A program made the translations under genes and the position numbers. A stretch of DNA of 38,062 bases from assembly GCA_037968915.1 (NCBI GenBank), contig JBBKWK010000092.1, positions 1-38,062 on the forward strand. The letters are read 5' to 3'. Shown one piece after another: positions 26,651 to 35,491 of the stretch (position 1 is its first letter; each line of letters begins with the position of its first letter). This DNA is from Pontixanthobacter sp. GTDB lineage: Bacteria > Pseudomonadota > Alphaproteobacteria > Sphingomonadales > Sphingomonadaceae. The notes under the pieces are model-generated. The model made no database searches, had not been told where the DNA came from, and worked only from the letters and a program-made list of their open reading frames with translations.

Positions 26651-26676
26651 CCGCAATTCAGATCAGGTGATCCCGA

Positions 26677-29600
26677 TTAGAATTCGTAGCTAACGCCGAG
26701 CTGGATTTTCCACAGCGACGAGCTGGACTGGATCTGCGGATCGCCGATACCCGAATAGTTCGAGTAAACATACTGGCCTGCAGAGTTGAAGTTCGCCTGG
26801 ATCGGCGCTTCGGTATAACGATAGCGCTTGGAAACATTTGAACCGCTATCGAGCAGGTTCAGGAAATTATCGAAATCGGCAAACAGCTTGATCTTGTCAT
26901 TGGTCAGACCAAAGAAGCTGGCCGGTCCGGGCAGTTCCTGGCTGAAACGCAGATCAAGATCGTAGAACCACGGATTGGTGCAGCTGTTGCGGGTGATCGT
27001 CTGACCCCGGAACTTGCTGATGCAATCATTGGCGTTGATGAAGGCATCAAGACCCGCAGCAGCGGCGGCGGCAGTTTGCCCGCCACCAGCCGCATAAACT
27101 ACATTCGTATCGGTTGGGCCGGTCGGAATATAGAGCAGCGAGTTGAAATCACCGCTGGCACTGTCGTTGAACACGCTGGACGGTAGATTGTCCTGAACGA
27201 TTGAGTACGGACGACCCGACCGCGCAACGAGGACGAAGCCGAAGCTGGTCGCATTGTCGCCGAAGAATTCTTCGCGGAAGTTCAGGCCCAGCGTGACATT
27301 GTGCTTGGTCTGGAATTCAGCTGTCGCAACATCGACATTCTGGCGGTCGAAAGCACCGACAATGTCGAAGCTGGAAGTCGCCGTCGAGCTGTTCGAGTAA
27401 CGATTGTTCTCAGCATCGGTGTAGGCATAACCAAGGTTGAAGTTGATTGCGCCGCCGTCGGTAAAGATGCCGCGGTTCCAGTTTTTCGACACGATCACCG
27501 AAGCGATCTTGCTTTCAAAACTTTTGCCGTTGGTCAGCTGGATTTCATCGTCCCGGCTGGTTGAGAAGCAAGCCGGAGTAACGCCGGTATAGGTTGGCGG
27601 GGAGCCGCCTTGATTTTGAAGTATTGCAGCACAGCCATTCGCAGTTGGATCAATCGCACGATATATCGGACGACCGTCAACCGTGAAACCACCGAGGCCA
27701 AGCCGCGTATCAACCACTTGCGAAAGATCGACAAATTCAACTGAATCGTAGAACTTGCTGTAGATGAAATCGACATTCAGGCGCCAATCGCTGAAGAAGC
27801 CGCTTTGCGAACCGAACGCTGTCGATATGCCAAAGTTCGCCCGAAGCACGGTTGGCATTTTGAAATCGGGATCAGTCGATTGCGTGTCCGCCAAACCGCG
27901 CGCCGATTGCGTGCCGCCTGCAGCAATGACGCAAGTTGGAACACCAGTGAAGGTTCCACCCGGTGTCACATCAATCTGCGTCCCGCTTGGACCGCAAGCT
28001 GCATTGCCGGTTTGGCCGAAACCAACAGCGAAACCGTTGTTGGAAAATCCGTTGGAGAAATACACCGCCGGATCGCCTCCGGTGAACATGCCAACGCCGC
28101 CCTTGAGCTGGGTGTTGCTGAAGAAGCCGGCATTATCCACCTGATAGGTAAAGCCGAGACGCGGCAGGATCACCGGATCGATTTTCCCGAAGCTGTTTGC
28201 ATTGGTGAATCCGTAACGGTTGAAGAAGTTCGGGTTGTTATCGGGCGCATCACCCGACAGCCAATCGATGCGAACGCCGCCGACAACATCCAGCTGATCG
28301 GAAACCTGCCATTCGTCCTGCACATAGGCTGACCAAGTTGTTCGCTGCCATTTCGCGGCAGCATCGTTGATATCGCCCGACGCTGTAAAGTTGCCGTAAG
28401 AACCTGCTGCGGTACCATTGACGATGGCCGAACCATTCGGGAACGTGTCGCTCCCTCTCGTCAGCAGGCCATTGGCAAAATCAGTCAGATTGGCAAAGGT
28501 CAGCGTGCCGGTGGAATTCTGCGCGAACAGGTTGAAGACCTTGAGCTGATTGTACTCACCGCCAACTGTAAACGTATGGTTGCCCGCGTTCAGACGGCCC
28601 AGCGCCTTGAACTGGGTCACCGTGGTTTTAAGATCGTTCGCGGCTCTCGAGAAACCCGGACCAGCTACGATAGAACCATTGTTACCATTGTTACTGATGC
28701 CAACAACGAACCGCGGGATCGGATTGTCCGACTGCGCTTCGCCGCCGCCGACCGGGCCCTGGACATCCTGCACGGACGCGCGTGACGCACGGATTTCGGT
28801 CGAGAAATTGTCCGACCAGTCCGAATAGAGACGCAGCGAGTAATATTCGCTTTCGGTGCCTTCATCTTCGAAGGAATTCAGACCGGTGAATACCCGGTTC
28901 TGACGACTGAAATCGTCAGGCTCAACATTGGTTTCCTTCAGGTTCTGGTAAGTCGCTTCCAGACGCTGGTCTTCGGTGATGATAGCATCGAGGCGTCCGA
29001 AATAGCGCACGCTGCTTTCCGGCAAAGTGGTGGCCAAGCCGCCGCTTTCGACGCCGTAAACGCTGCTGAGGATCTGGGAGAACTGGTCGAACTGGCCCGT
29101 GGTGACAAAGTCGAGTTCAGTCGGATAGCCCGCACCTGGAGGGCCTTCTTCCTGACTGTCTGCCAGATCGGTTTCCTCATAGGCACCGAAGAAGAACAAG
29201 CGGTCCTTGATGATCGGACCGCTGAGTGTCGCACCCCAGCGCTTTTCCTTATATGGCTGCCCTGAGAAGCTCTGATTGCCTGCCTGATCACCCTGCAAGC
29301 TGTCGCTGGCGTAGGTGAAAAATGCGGAACCGTGGAATTTATTCCCGCCAGATTTCGTCACGACGTTGATCGCGCAGCCGGTGAATTGACCGTATTGCAC
29401 ATCAAACGGTGCAAATTCGACCGAGGTTTCGCGCACGGCATCATAGGGAAGCGGCAGCGAGTTCCGGCTGGCAAATGGCGTGCCGTTCAGACCGAACAGA
29501 TCGGACTGGGCGATACCGTCAACAGTGAATGCGTTGGTCCGATCATTGCCGCCGAGGCAGGATACACGGTCGACTTCATTCGAACGATCGAGGCTGACGC

Positions 29601-30102
29601 GAGGGTCGAGACGGATGATATCACGCACATCGCGGCCGATCGACGGGAAGGCTTCAATTGTATCGGTGCCGAAAGACTGGCCGGGGCCGATCGCGCGCTG
29701 CGACAATTGTACGCGGGCACCCGATACGACGATCACGTTCTCCGCGGCTCCGCCAGCATCGCTGAGCTTGAAGGTAAGTTGGGAATTGCCCTGCAGGTTG
29801 ATGAAGATGGTTTCGACAGTCTGGCCTTCATAACCCGGCGCCGTTGCCGTCACTTCGTAAGGGCCGCCGGTGATCAGGCTGTCGACCCGGAACTGGCCAT
29901 CGCTGCCTGTCGACAGGCTGCGGGTCTGGCCGGTGCGGGTGTCGGTCACCAGCACGATCGCGCCGGACAGTGGTGCGCCATTGGCATCAACCACCTGGCC
30001 CTCGATGCCAGATGTGATCTGCTGCGCCATAACTGGAGCAGGTAAAATTGTAGCGGCGGATAGGCTGACGATACTCGCAGCCAGAAGATACTTAAGTTTC
30101 AT
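26677..30102 (-). CDS. TonB-dependent receptor, Oar-like, with N-terminal carboxypeptidase regulatory-like domain
   Basis: Signal peptide from MKLKYLLAAS, then IEGQVVDANGAPL...GGPYEVTA, APFDVQYGQFTGCAINVVTKSG, GPIIKDRLFFF, PRLGF and a C-terminal YEF beta-signal. Confidence 0.95.
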   Translation of the reverse strand: MKLKYLLAASIVSLSAATILPAPVMAQQITSGIEGQVVDANGAPLSGAIVLVTDTRTGQTRSLSTGSDGQFRVDSLITGGPYEVTATAPGYEGQTVETIFINLQGNSQLTFKLSDAGGAAENVIVVSGARVQLSQRAIGPGQSFGTDTIEAFPSIGRDVRDIIRLDPRVSLDRSNEVDRVSCLGGNDRTNAFTVDGIAQSDLFGLNGTPFASRNSLPLPYDAVRETSVEFAPFDVQYGQFTGCAINVVTKSGGNKFHGSAFFTYASDSLQGDQAGNQSFSGQPYKEKRWGATLSGPIIKDRLFFFGAYEETDLADSQEEGPPGAGYPTELDFVTTGQFDQFSQILSSVYGVESGGLATTLPESSVRYFGRLDAIITEDQRLEATYQNLKETNVEPDDFSRQNRVFTGLNSFEDEGTESEYYSLRLYSDWSDNFSTEIRASRASVQDVQGPVGGGEAQSDNPIPRFVVGISNNGNNGSIVAGPGFSRAANDLKTTVTQFKALGRLNAGNHTFTVGGEYNQLKVFNLFAQNSTGTLTFANLTDFANGLLTRGSDTFPNGSAIVNGTAAGSYGNFTASGDINDAAAKWQRTTWSAYVQDEWQVSDQLDVVGGVRIDWLSGDAPDNNPNFFNRYGFTNANSFGKIDPVILPRLGFTYQVDNAGFFSNTQLKGGVGMFTGGDPAVYFSNGFSNNGFAVGFGQTGNAACGPSGTQIDVTPGGTFTGVPTCVIAAGGTQSARGLADTQSTDPDFKMPTVLRANFGISTAFGSQSGFFSDWRLNVDFIYSKFYDSVEFVDLSQVVDTRLGLGGFTVDGRPIYRAIDPTANGCAAILQNQGGSPPTYTGVTPACFSTSRDDEIQLTNGKSFESKIASVIVSKNWNRGIFTDGGAINFNLGYAYTDAENNRYSNSSTATSSFDIVGAFDRQNVDVATAEFQTKHNVTLGLNFREEFFGDNATSFGFVLVARSGRPYSIVQDNLPSSVFNDSASGDFNSLLYIPTGPTDTNVVYAAGGGQTAAAAAAGLDAFINANDCISKFRGQTITRNSCTNPWFYDLDLRFSQELPGPASFFGLTNDKIKLFADFDNFLNLLDSGSNVSKRYRYTEAPIQANFNSAGQYVYSNYSGIGDPQIQSSSSLWKIQLGVSYEF

Positions 30103-30357
30103 GAAGACAATTCCTTGCGTGACGATGCGCGGTAGATTTTGGGGCGTTAAACGAATAATCCGGCCCCGATAAGGGCGGTGGACCACGCTTAGGAGTAGGT
30201 TTTGCTACACCGATGCGACAATGTTCGTGAATCCTGCCCCACAAAGGAATAGTGACCGTTAAGTCTCTGATTTAAATGAATGTCTGCGCTGTTGCTACAA
30301 TGTAACAATTCCAAACAATAAGACTCTGTGGACCCCCGGCCTGTGGATAGCTGCGCT

Positions 30358-31287
30358 TTAGGCCAGATTGATTTCCCGCAAACGCTGCAACAGGAACTCG
30401 TGACTCGAAATTGGTTCGGGCGCAGCGGTTGCCGATTCGCTGTCGATACAGCCGGGCAGAGTCTCGATTACATAATCGGGCCGGAAGTGTAGGAAGAACG
30501 GCATGGAATAGCGCGCGCGGTGCGCTGCCTCGCCTGAGGGATTGACCACGCGGTGGGTGGTCGAACGCAATTTTCCATTAGTCAGCCGGTCCAACATATC
30601 ACCTATATTGACAACCAAAGCTCCCTCTGGCGGATCGACGGCAAGCCATTTCCCTTGCTGGGTCAGCAGTTCGAGCCCGGCTTCCTCGGCCCCCAGCAAT
30701 AGAGTGATGGTATTGATGTCGCCATGCGCGGCAGCGCGGATCGCGCCTTCGGCATCTGCGCTTTCCAACGGCGGGTAATGCAGCAGGCGCATAACCGAAT
30801 TGCCGTCCTCCACCGTTGCGACAAAGTAATCTTCCGCCAACCCAAGATGCAGAGCAATCGCGCGTAGGATTGTGTCGCCCGCCTGCTCGAAAGCAGCGTA
30901 TAATTCGGTGAAAGTGCCCTCGAATCCCGGCACTTCGTTTGGCCACACATTGGGTGCCATGTATTCGGCCAATACATGGCCTGCTGGCAGATCGCGCCCG
31001 ACGTGCCAGAATTCCTTGAGATCATGGACCTTGGCGTCCTTCGCCTTTTCCGTCCCAAACGGGGTATAGCCGCGCGCGCCGCCACCGCCCTCGATCTTGT
31101 AGGCGCGCTTCACGTGGTCGCGCAGCGCGAAGAATTGCTTCGACATTTCTTCGGCTCGGGCGATCAAATCTGCAGAGATGCCGTGGTCTCGGACGATGCC
31201 GAACCCAAATTCGGCAAAGCTGCGGCCCAGTTCGCCAGACACTTCTGCCAGCGGACGTAAAAGCGAAACGGAAGCAATATCAGTCAT
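30358..31287 (-). CDS. Isopenicillin N synthase family 2OG-Fe(II) oxygenase
   Basis: RLLHYPP, HGD (HxD), VNIGDML, STTHRV (distal His) and RYS (2OG-binding). Confidence 0.93.
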   Translation of the reverse strand: MTDIASVSLLRPLAEVSGELGRSFAEFGFGIVRDHGISADLIARAEEMSKQFFALRDHVKRAYKIEGGGGARGYTPFGTEKAKDAKVHDLKEFWHVGRDLPAGHVLAEYMAPNVWPNEVPGFEGTFTELYAAFEQAGDTILRAIALHLGLAEDYFVATVEDGNSVMRLLHYPPLESADAEGAIRAAAHGDINTITLLLGAEEAGLELLTQQGKWLAVDPPEGALVVNIGDMLDRLTNGKLRSTTHRVVNPSGEAAHRARYSMPFFLHFRPDYVIETLPGCIDSESATAAPEPISSHEFLLQRLREINLA

Positions 31288-31299
31288 CAGTGGCCCCGG

Positions 31300-32613
31300 T
31301 CAGATAAGGAATAGCCCGGCCAGCGCCGCGCTCATCAAATTAGCCAGCGAGCCTGCCGCTAGTGCCCTGAGGCCCAGTTTTGCGATCACTGGCCGCTGGT
31401 TTGGAGCAAGGCCGCCAGTTACTGCCATCTGAATAGCAATAGAGCTGAAATTGGCAAAGCCGCATAAAGCAAAAGTCACAATTGCGCGGCTGCGTTCGCT
31501 CAGCACATCGGGGCCGAGTTGGCCCAATTCGATGAAGGCGACAAATTCATTCAGCACGATCTTGGTGCCGAACAGCCCGCCTGCAGTGCCTGCTTCGCTC
31601 CACGGCACGCCGATCAGGAACATGAACGGCGCGAACACCCAGCCAAGCACTTGCTGGAAGGACAATTCGGGGAAGCCGACGATCCCCCCGGCCGCTCCCA
31701 ACAATCCATTGGCCAGAGCGACGAGTGCCACAAAGGCCAGCACCATTGCGCCCACGGCCACGGCCAGCTTCACACCGGTCTGCGCGCCTTGAGCAGCAGC
31801 CTCGATGATATTGGCAGGTTTTTGCCCTTCTTCGAAAGTTTCGGCCACTTCGACCTCGTGCGCTTTTCCGCCTTCGGTCAGGGCAGCTGGCCCCTCCGAA
31901 CTAATCCGCGCCTTGGGCAAAGCAATGTCGCCCTCGGCCACCATGTCGCCTGTTTCAATCTCGTCCGGCATGATGATCTTGGCCATCAGGATGCCGCCCG
32001 GCGCAGACATAAACGCCGCAGCCAGCAAAAAGGGCAGATATTCGGAGCCGAGCAGTCCTGCGTATGCGGCCAAAATAGTACCCGCGACACCGGCCATGCC
32101 AACGGTCATCAAAGTGAACAGCTGTGCCGGGCTGAGCGCCGCCAGATAGGGGCGTACCACCAGCGGGCTTTCCGACTGGCCGACGAAGATATTCGCTGCC
32201 GCACCCAGAGACTCGACTTTACTGATGCCCGTCAGCCAACCAATCGCCCCGCCGACCCAGCGGACCACGCGCTGCATGATGCCAAGATGATAGAGGATCG
32301 ACACCAGCGATGCGAAGAACACGATCACCGGCAGCGCGCCCAGTGCAAAGGTGTTGGACAGCGGGTTGTCCGCGCCGAACAGGAAGGCGGTGCCTTCGTT
32401 TGCATAGGACAGCAGCGCCGAAACTCCGTCTGCCATCGTGCGGATCACGCGGCGACCGGTCTGCGTGCCCAGCACCAGAAATGCCATCAACAATTGCAAT
32501 GCGAAAGCGGCGCTGACGATCCGTAACCTTATGCGCTTCTTGCCGGTCGACAGCAGAAAGGCGAGGAACAGGATTGCGACAACACCGATCAGGCTGTTCA
32601 GGAAAAGAGGCAT
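31300..32613 (-). CDS. NupC/NupG family concentrative nucleoside transporter (CNT)
   Basis: NIFVGQSESP, MSAPGG, KIVLNEFVAF, FALCGFANFSSIAI and LANLMSA. Confidence 0.96.
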   Translation of the reverse strand: MPLFLNSLIGVVAILFLAFLLSTGKKRIRLRIVSAAFALQLLMAFLVLGTQTGRRVIRTMADGVSALLSYANEGTAFLFGADNPLSNTFALGALPVIVFFASLVSILYHLGIMQRVVRWVGGAIGWLTGISKVESLGAAANIFVGQSESPLVVRPYLAALSPAQLFTLMTVGMAGVAGTILAAYAGLLGSEYLPFLLAAAFMSAPGGILMAKIIMPDEIETGDMVAEGDIALPKARISSEGPAALTEGGKAHEVEVAETFEEGQKPANIIEAAAQGAQTGVKLAVAVGAMVLAFVALVALANGLLGAAGGIVGFPELSFQQVLGWVFAPFMFLIGVPWSEAGTAGGLFGTKIVLNEFVAFIELGQLGPDVLSERSRAIVTFALCGFANFSSIAIQMAVTGGLAPNQRPVIAKLGLRALAAGSLANLMSAALAGLFLI

Positions 32614-32744
32614 AGGAGCTTTCGGGATACAATAAGGAACCTCCGCTATTCGCCTTTTGTACGGCGCAGGTCAAACGGACTTATCAGCAGCGATCCGCAC
32701 AGCCGCGCTTCCCTTTTAAGGTTTGAGCCAATAGGTCTTGCGCG

Positions 32745-33434
32745 ATGAACGATACATCTAGCGCGCCAACTGCCTATTCAGACACCGCGGCAAAGGCCGC
32801 CATCCCCCGCTCCCTATTCGTCTTTGCGCTAATTTACGGCGGGATGACGGTGATCGCCGGTGTGCTTGGTTTCAAGCAAGTCGCTCTTGGCCCGCTTGCA
32901 GTCGAGGCGGGGATTTTCGCCTTCCTGATGCTGGTAGTGCTATCGAGCACCGTGGCGCAATTGCATGGGCAAGCGGTCGCCAACCGGATGGTATTCTGGG
33001 GGTTCCTGCCGCTGGCAGCTTCTGCCTTTCTGGTCATGTTGGTGCTGATGTTGCCGCCATCGGCTAATATGCCGCCGGAAAACATCGCTGCTTTTGAACA
33101 GGTTCTGTCCCAAACCCCGCGAATCATGGCTGCGGGGCCGGTCGCTTACGGGGTGTCGCTGCTGTTGAATGTGTGGATTTTCGAGCGCTTGCGCGGAAAG
33201 AGCGATGGCGGCGGAAATATGGGTATCATGGTGCGGGGCGCGATCGCCTCTGCGCTGAGCCAAGCGATCGACACGCTGATTTTTGTTACTTTGGCGTTTT
33301 ATGGCGAATTCCCGATCGGTTCTCTTATTGCCGGGCAAATGCTCGCCAAGGTGGTGCTGAGTTTTGTGCTGGTACCGTTCCTGATCACCCTGTTCGTCAC
33401 TTGGGCGAAGCGACTTGATCAAAAACCACTTTAG
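32745..33434 (+). CDS. Queuosine precursor transporter (YhhQ/VUT family)
   Basis: Multi-TM protein with RGAIASALSQAIDTLIFVTLAFYG and GQMLAKV, typical of the YhhQ family. Confidence 0.88.
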   Translation: MNDTSSAPTAYSDTAAKAAIPRSLFVFALIYGGMTVIAGVLGFKQVALGPLAVEAGIFAFLMLVVLSSTVAQLHGQAVANRMVFWGFLPLAASAFLVMLVLMLPPSANMPPENIAAFEQVLSQTPRIMAAGPVAYGVSLLLNVWIFERLRGKSDGGGNMGIMVRGAIASALSQAIDTLIFVTLAFYGEFPIGSLIAGQMLAKVVLSFVLVPFLITLFVTWAKRLDQKPL

Positions 33435-33457
33435 ACGGCTGCCACTTTAGACGGCTG
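33426..33457. repeat. Perfect 16-bp tandem duplication (CCACTTTAGACGGCTG x2)
   Basis: Read directly: copies at 33426-33441 and 33442-33457. Confidence 0.97.
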
Positions 33458-35396
33458 ATAGCACTGCCACGCCGCCCGGCTCCAGCGTCGGACCGCCAAG
33501 CAACATTTCGCCGATGATTGATGCGGGCAGAACCTGCGCCCCCGCTGAGTAATTGAACACGAAGCGATAGGCCGAGGTGGTGCGCATCCGCATTCCCTCG
33601 GGAAGTTGGGTCACCTCCAGAACCGCATCGCGTGCAGCGCGGGCCATGATGTTGTCGATGAATGCGCCCTGCGGCCACGCTGCCAAATAACGCACCGCGC
33701 CCTGCCGATAACTTGCGACCACTTCATCCTGCGTTACCAAATCCGGCTCTGCGCTGGTTTCGAGATGGTCGAGCCAAAGGCCGATGTCCCAACCCTCGCC
33801 CGAATGGATAAGGCCCGGGCGCAGGCTTTCGCTTCGAGTGACAGTCCCGGCAAATATTTCGCGCAAATGACCCGGAGCCAGTCCATCTGGAATTGCGAAG
33901 TCCTCGGTCTTGCTGCCAGAACGCGGACCGATAATCACTTGCCCTGCATAGGTTTTCAACTGCGCCGCGAGACCCGCATCTGCAATCGGGTGGCAGGGCA
34001 ACACGACCAGCGCATAATCATCCAGCGGTGTCCCGGGCTTGACGATATCGACGTTCAATCCCAATTTTCGAAGCGCGGAGTAGCTGTGGAACGCCGCCCA
34101 TAGAGCGGACGCTCCCTCGCCTTGAGGCTGGATCTGCGTCACCCATTCGGACTCGTAAGCAAAAATCAGGGCCACCTGCTTCACCGGCATGCCAACCGCC
34201 CCCAACCGCGCAATTTCCCCAGAAACCTGCGCCACCTCGGGCAAGGCAGGGGCGGGCTTGCTGTCCGGCCGGAGCAATCCGGCGTGCATCTGTTCCTGCG
34301 CGAAGGGCGCCTGCCGCCAGCGGAAATAGCTGGTCAATTCCGCGCCGTGGGCCATTGCCTCCAACGTCCACAGCCGAACCATTCCCGGCAGCGGGGCGGG
34401 ATTGTGCCGCGCCCAGTTTACCGGGCCGGGCTGTTGTTCCAACACCCACCAGCGCCCGTCCTTCGCGCAGCCGCGATAGAGGTCGTGATGAAATGCCGCG
34501 ATGTCAGGGTGACCTTGCCGCGCATAGGCGAGCTTGTCCGCGCCGCTGAACGGGAACATTTCGAGGAACCCGAGTGGATAGGAATCCCACCCCAGGGCAT
34601 CCAGCTGCGCACCCAGCGCATGATGATCGTAATCGGTGGTGAACCCCATCGCATTGTGAACCACGTCCCGTCCGGGCGAGAGTTCGCGCAGGATGTCCAC
34701 CTGTATCCGGTCAAAAGCGATCACTTGATCGGAGGAGAACCTCCGGAACGCCAGCCAATGCGCGGGATTGGCCTCAGTCACAGTCAGATTGGGCAATTCT
34801 ATTTCGTCGAAAGACCGATATTCCATGCTCCAGAACACATTGCCCCATGCTGCGTTAAGCGCTGCAGCCGATCCGTACCGCGCTTCCAGCCACAAGCGAA
34901 ACCGGTCCCGCGCCGCATCGGAATAGCTCAACACGGTGTCGTGGCAGCCATATTCATTGTCGATCTGCCACGCGACCACCGCCGGATTGTGTCCGTATCG
35001 CTCCGCCATCAAACGTGTGATCCGCGCGGCTTGCTGACGGTATCCTTCATGGCTGAAGCAATAATGCCGCCGCGACCCAAAACTACGAACCTTTCCCTCT
35101 CGGTCCACCGCCAGCATATCGGGCATTTTTTCGACCAGCCACTTGGGCGGAGTGGCGGTGGGGGTGCCGAGGATAATCCCCAACCCGGCCGCCGCTAAAA
35201 TCTCGATCGCATCGTCAAGCCACTGCCAGTCCAACCGCCCCGGCTCCGGCTCCATCTGGCTCCACGCAAATTCGCCAATTCGTACGCGGGAAATGCCCGC
35301 CTCGGCCATCCGCCGCGCATCGTCTGCCCACATCTCGCGGGGCCAATGCTCGGGATAATAGCACACGCCCAATTGCATCGCGGCGCTCTCGTTCAT
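33447..35396 (-). CDS. Beta-galactosidase, glycoside hydrolase family 42
   Basis: GVCYYPEHWP, GEFAWS, TPTATPPKWL, WQIDNEY (acid/base), VLEQQPG (nucleophile) and QEQMHAG. ATG 35396 is best spaced from GAGGA. Confidence 0.95.
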   Translation of the reverse strand: MNESAAMQLGVCYYPEHWPREMWADDARRMAEAGISRVRIGEFAWSQMEPEPGRLDWQWLDDAIEILAAAGLGIILGTPTATPPKWLVEKMPDMLAVDREGKVRSFGSRRHYCFSHEGYRQQAARITRLMAERYGHNPAVVAWQIDNEYGCHDTVLSYSDAARDRFRLWLEARYGSAAALNAAWGNVFWSMEYRSFDEIELPNLTVTEANPAHWLAFRRFSSDQVIAFDRIQVDILRELSPGRDVVHNAMGFTTDYDHHALGAQLDALGWDSYPLGFLEMFPFSGADKLAYARQGHPDIAAFHHDLYRGCAKDGRWWVLEQQPGPVNWARHNPAPLPGMVRLWTLEAMAHGAELTSYFRWRQAPFAQEQMHAGLLRPDSKPAPALPEVAQVSGEIARLGAVGMPVKQVALIFAYESEWVTQIQPQGEGASALWAAFHSYSALRKLGLNVDIVKPGTPLDDYALVVLPCHPIADAGLAAQLKTYAGQVIIGPRSGSKTEDFAIPDGLAPGHLREIFAGTVTRSESLRPGLIHSGEGWDIGLWLDHLETSAEPDLVTQDEVVASYRQGAVRYLAAWPQGAFIDNIMARAARDAVLEVTQLPEGMRMRTTSAYRFVFNYSAGAQVLPASIIGEMLLGGPTLEPGGVAVLSAV

Positions 35397-35491
35397 GCAC
35401 ATTCCTCAACAGATTCTATAGCTTCCTCCACAGAGACAGATTGGCAGCGCCAAAGCAAGCGGCTAGGTCCGCCAGCCCGGGGGAGACGGAC

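Noticed and set aside
32614-32744. preQ1 riboswitch upstream of the YhhQ-type gene
   Set aside because: No preQ1-I stem with an A-rich tail and no preQ1-II/III pattern visible on the + strand.
31519-35198. Plus-strand ORFs of 335 aa (31519-32526) and 358 aa (34122-35198)
   Set aside because: Antisense shadows of the CNT transporter and GH42 genes, with no recognisable motifs.
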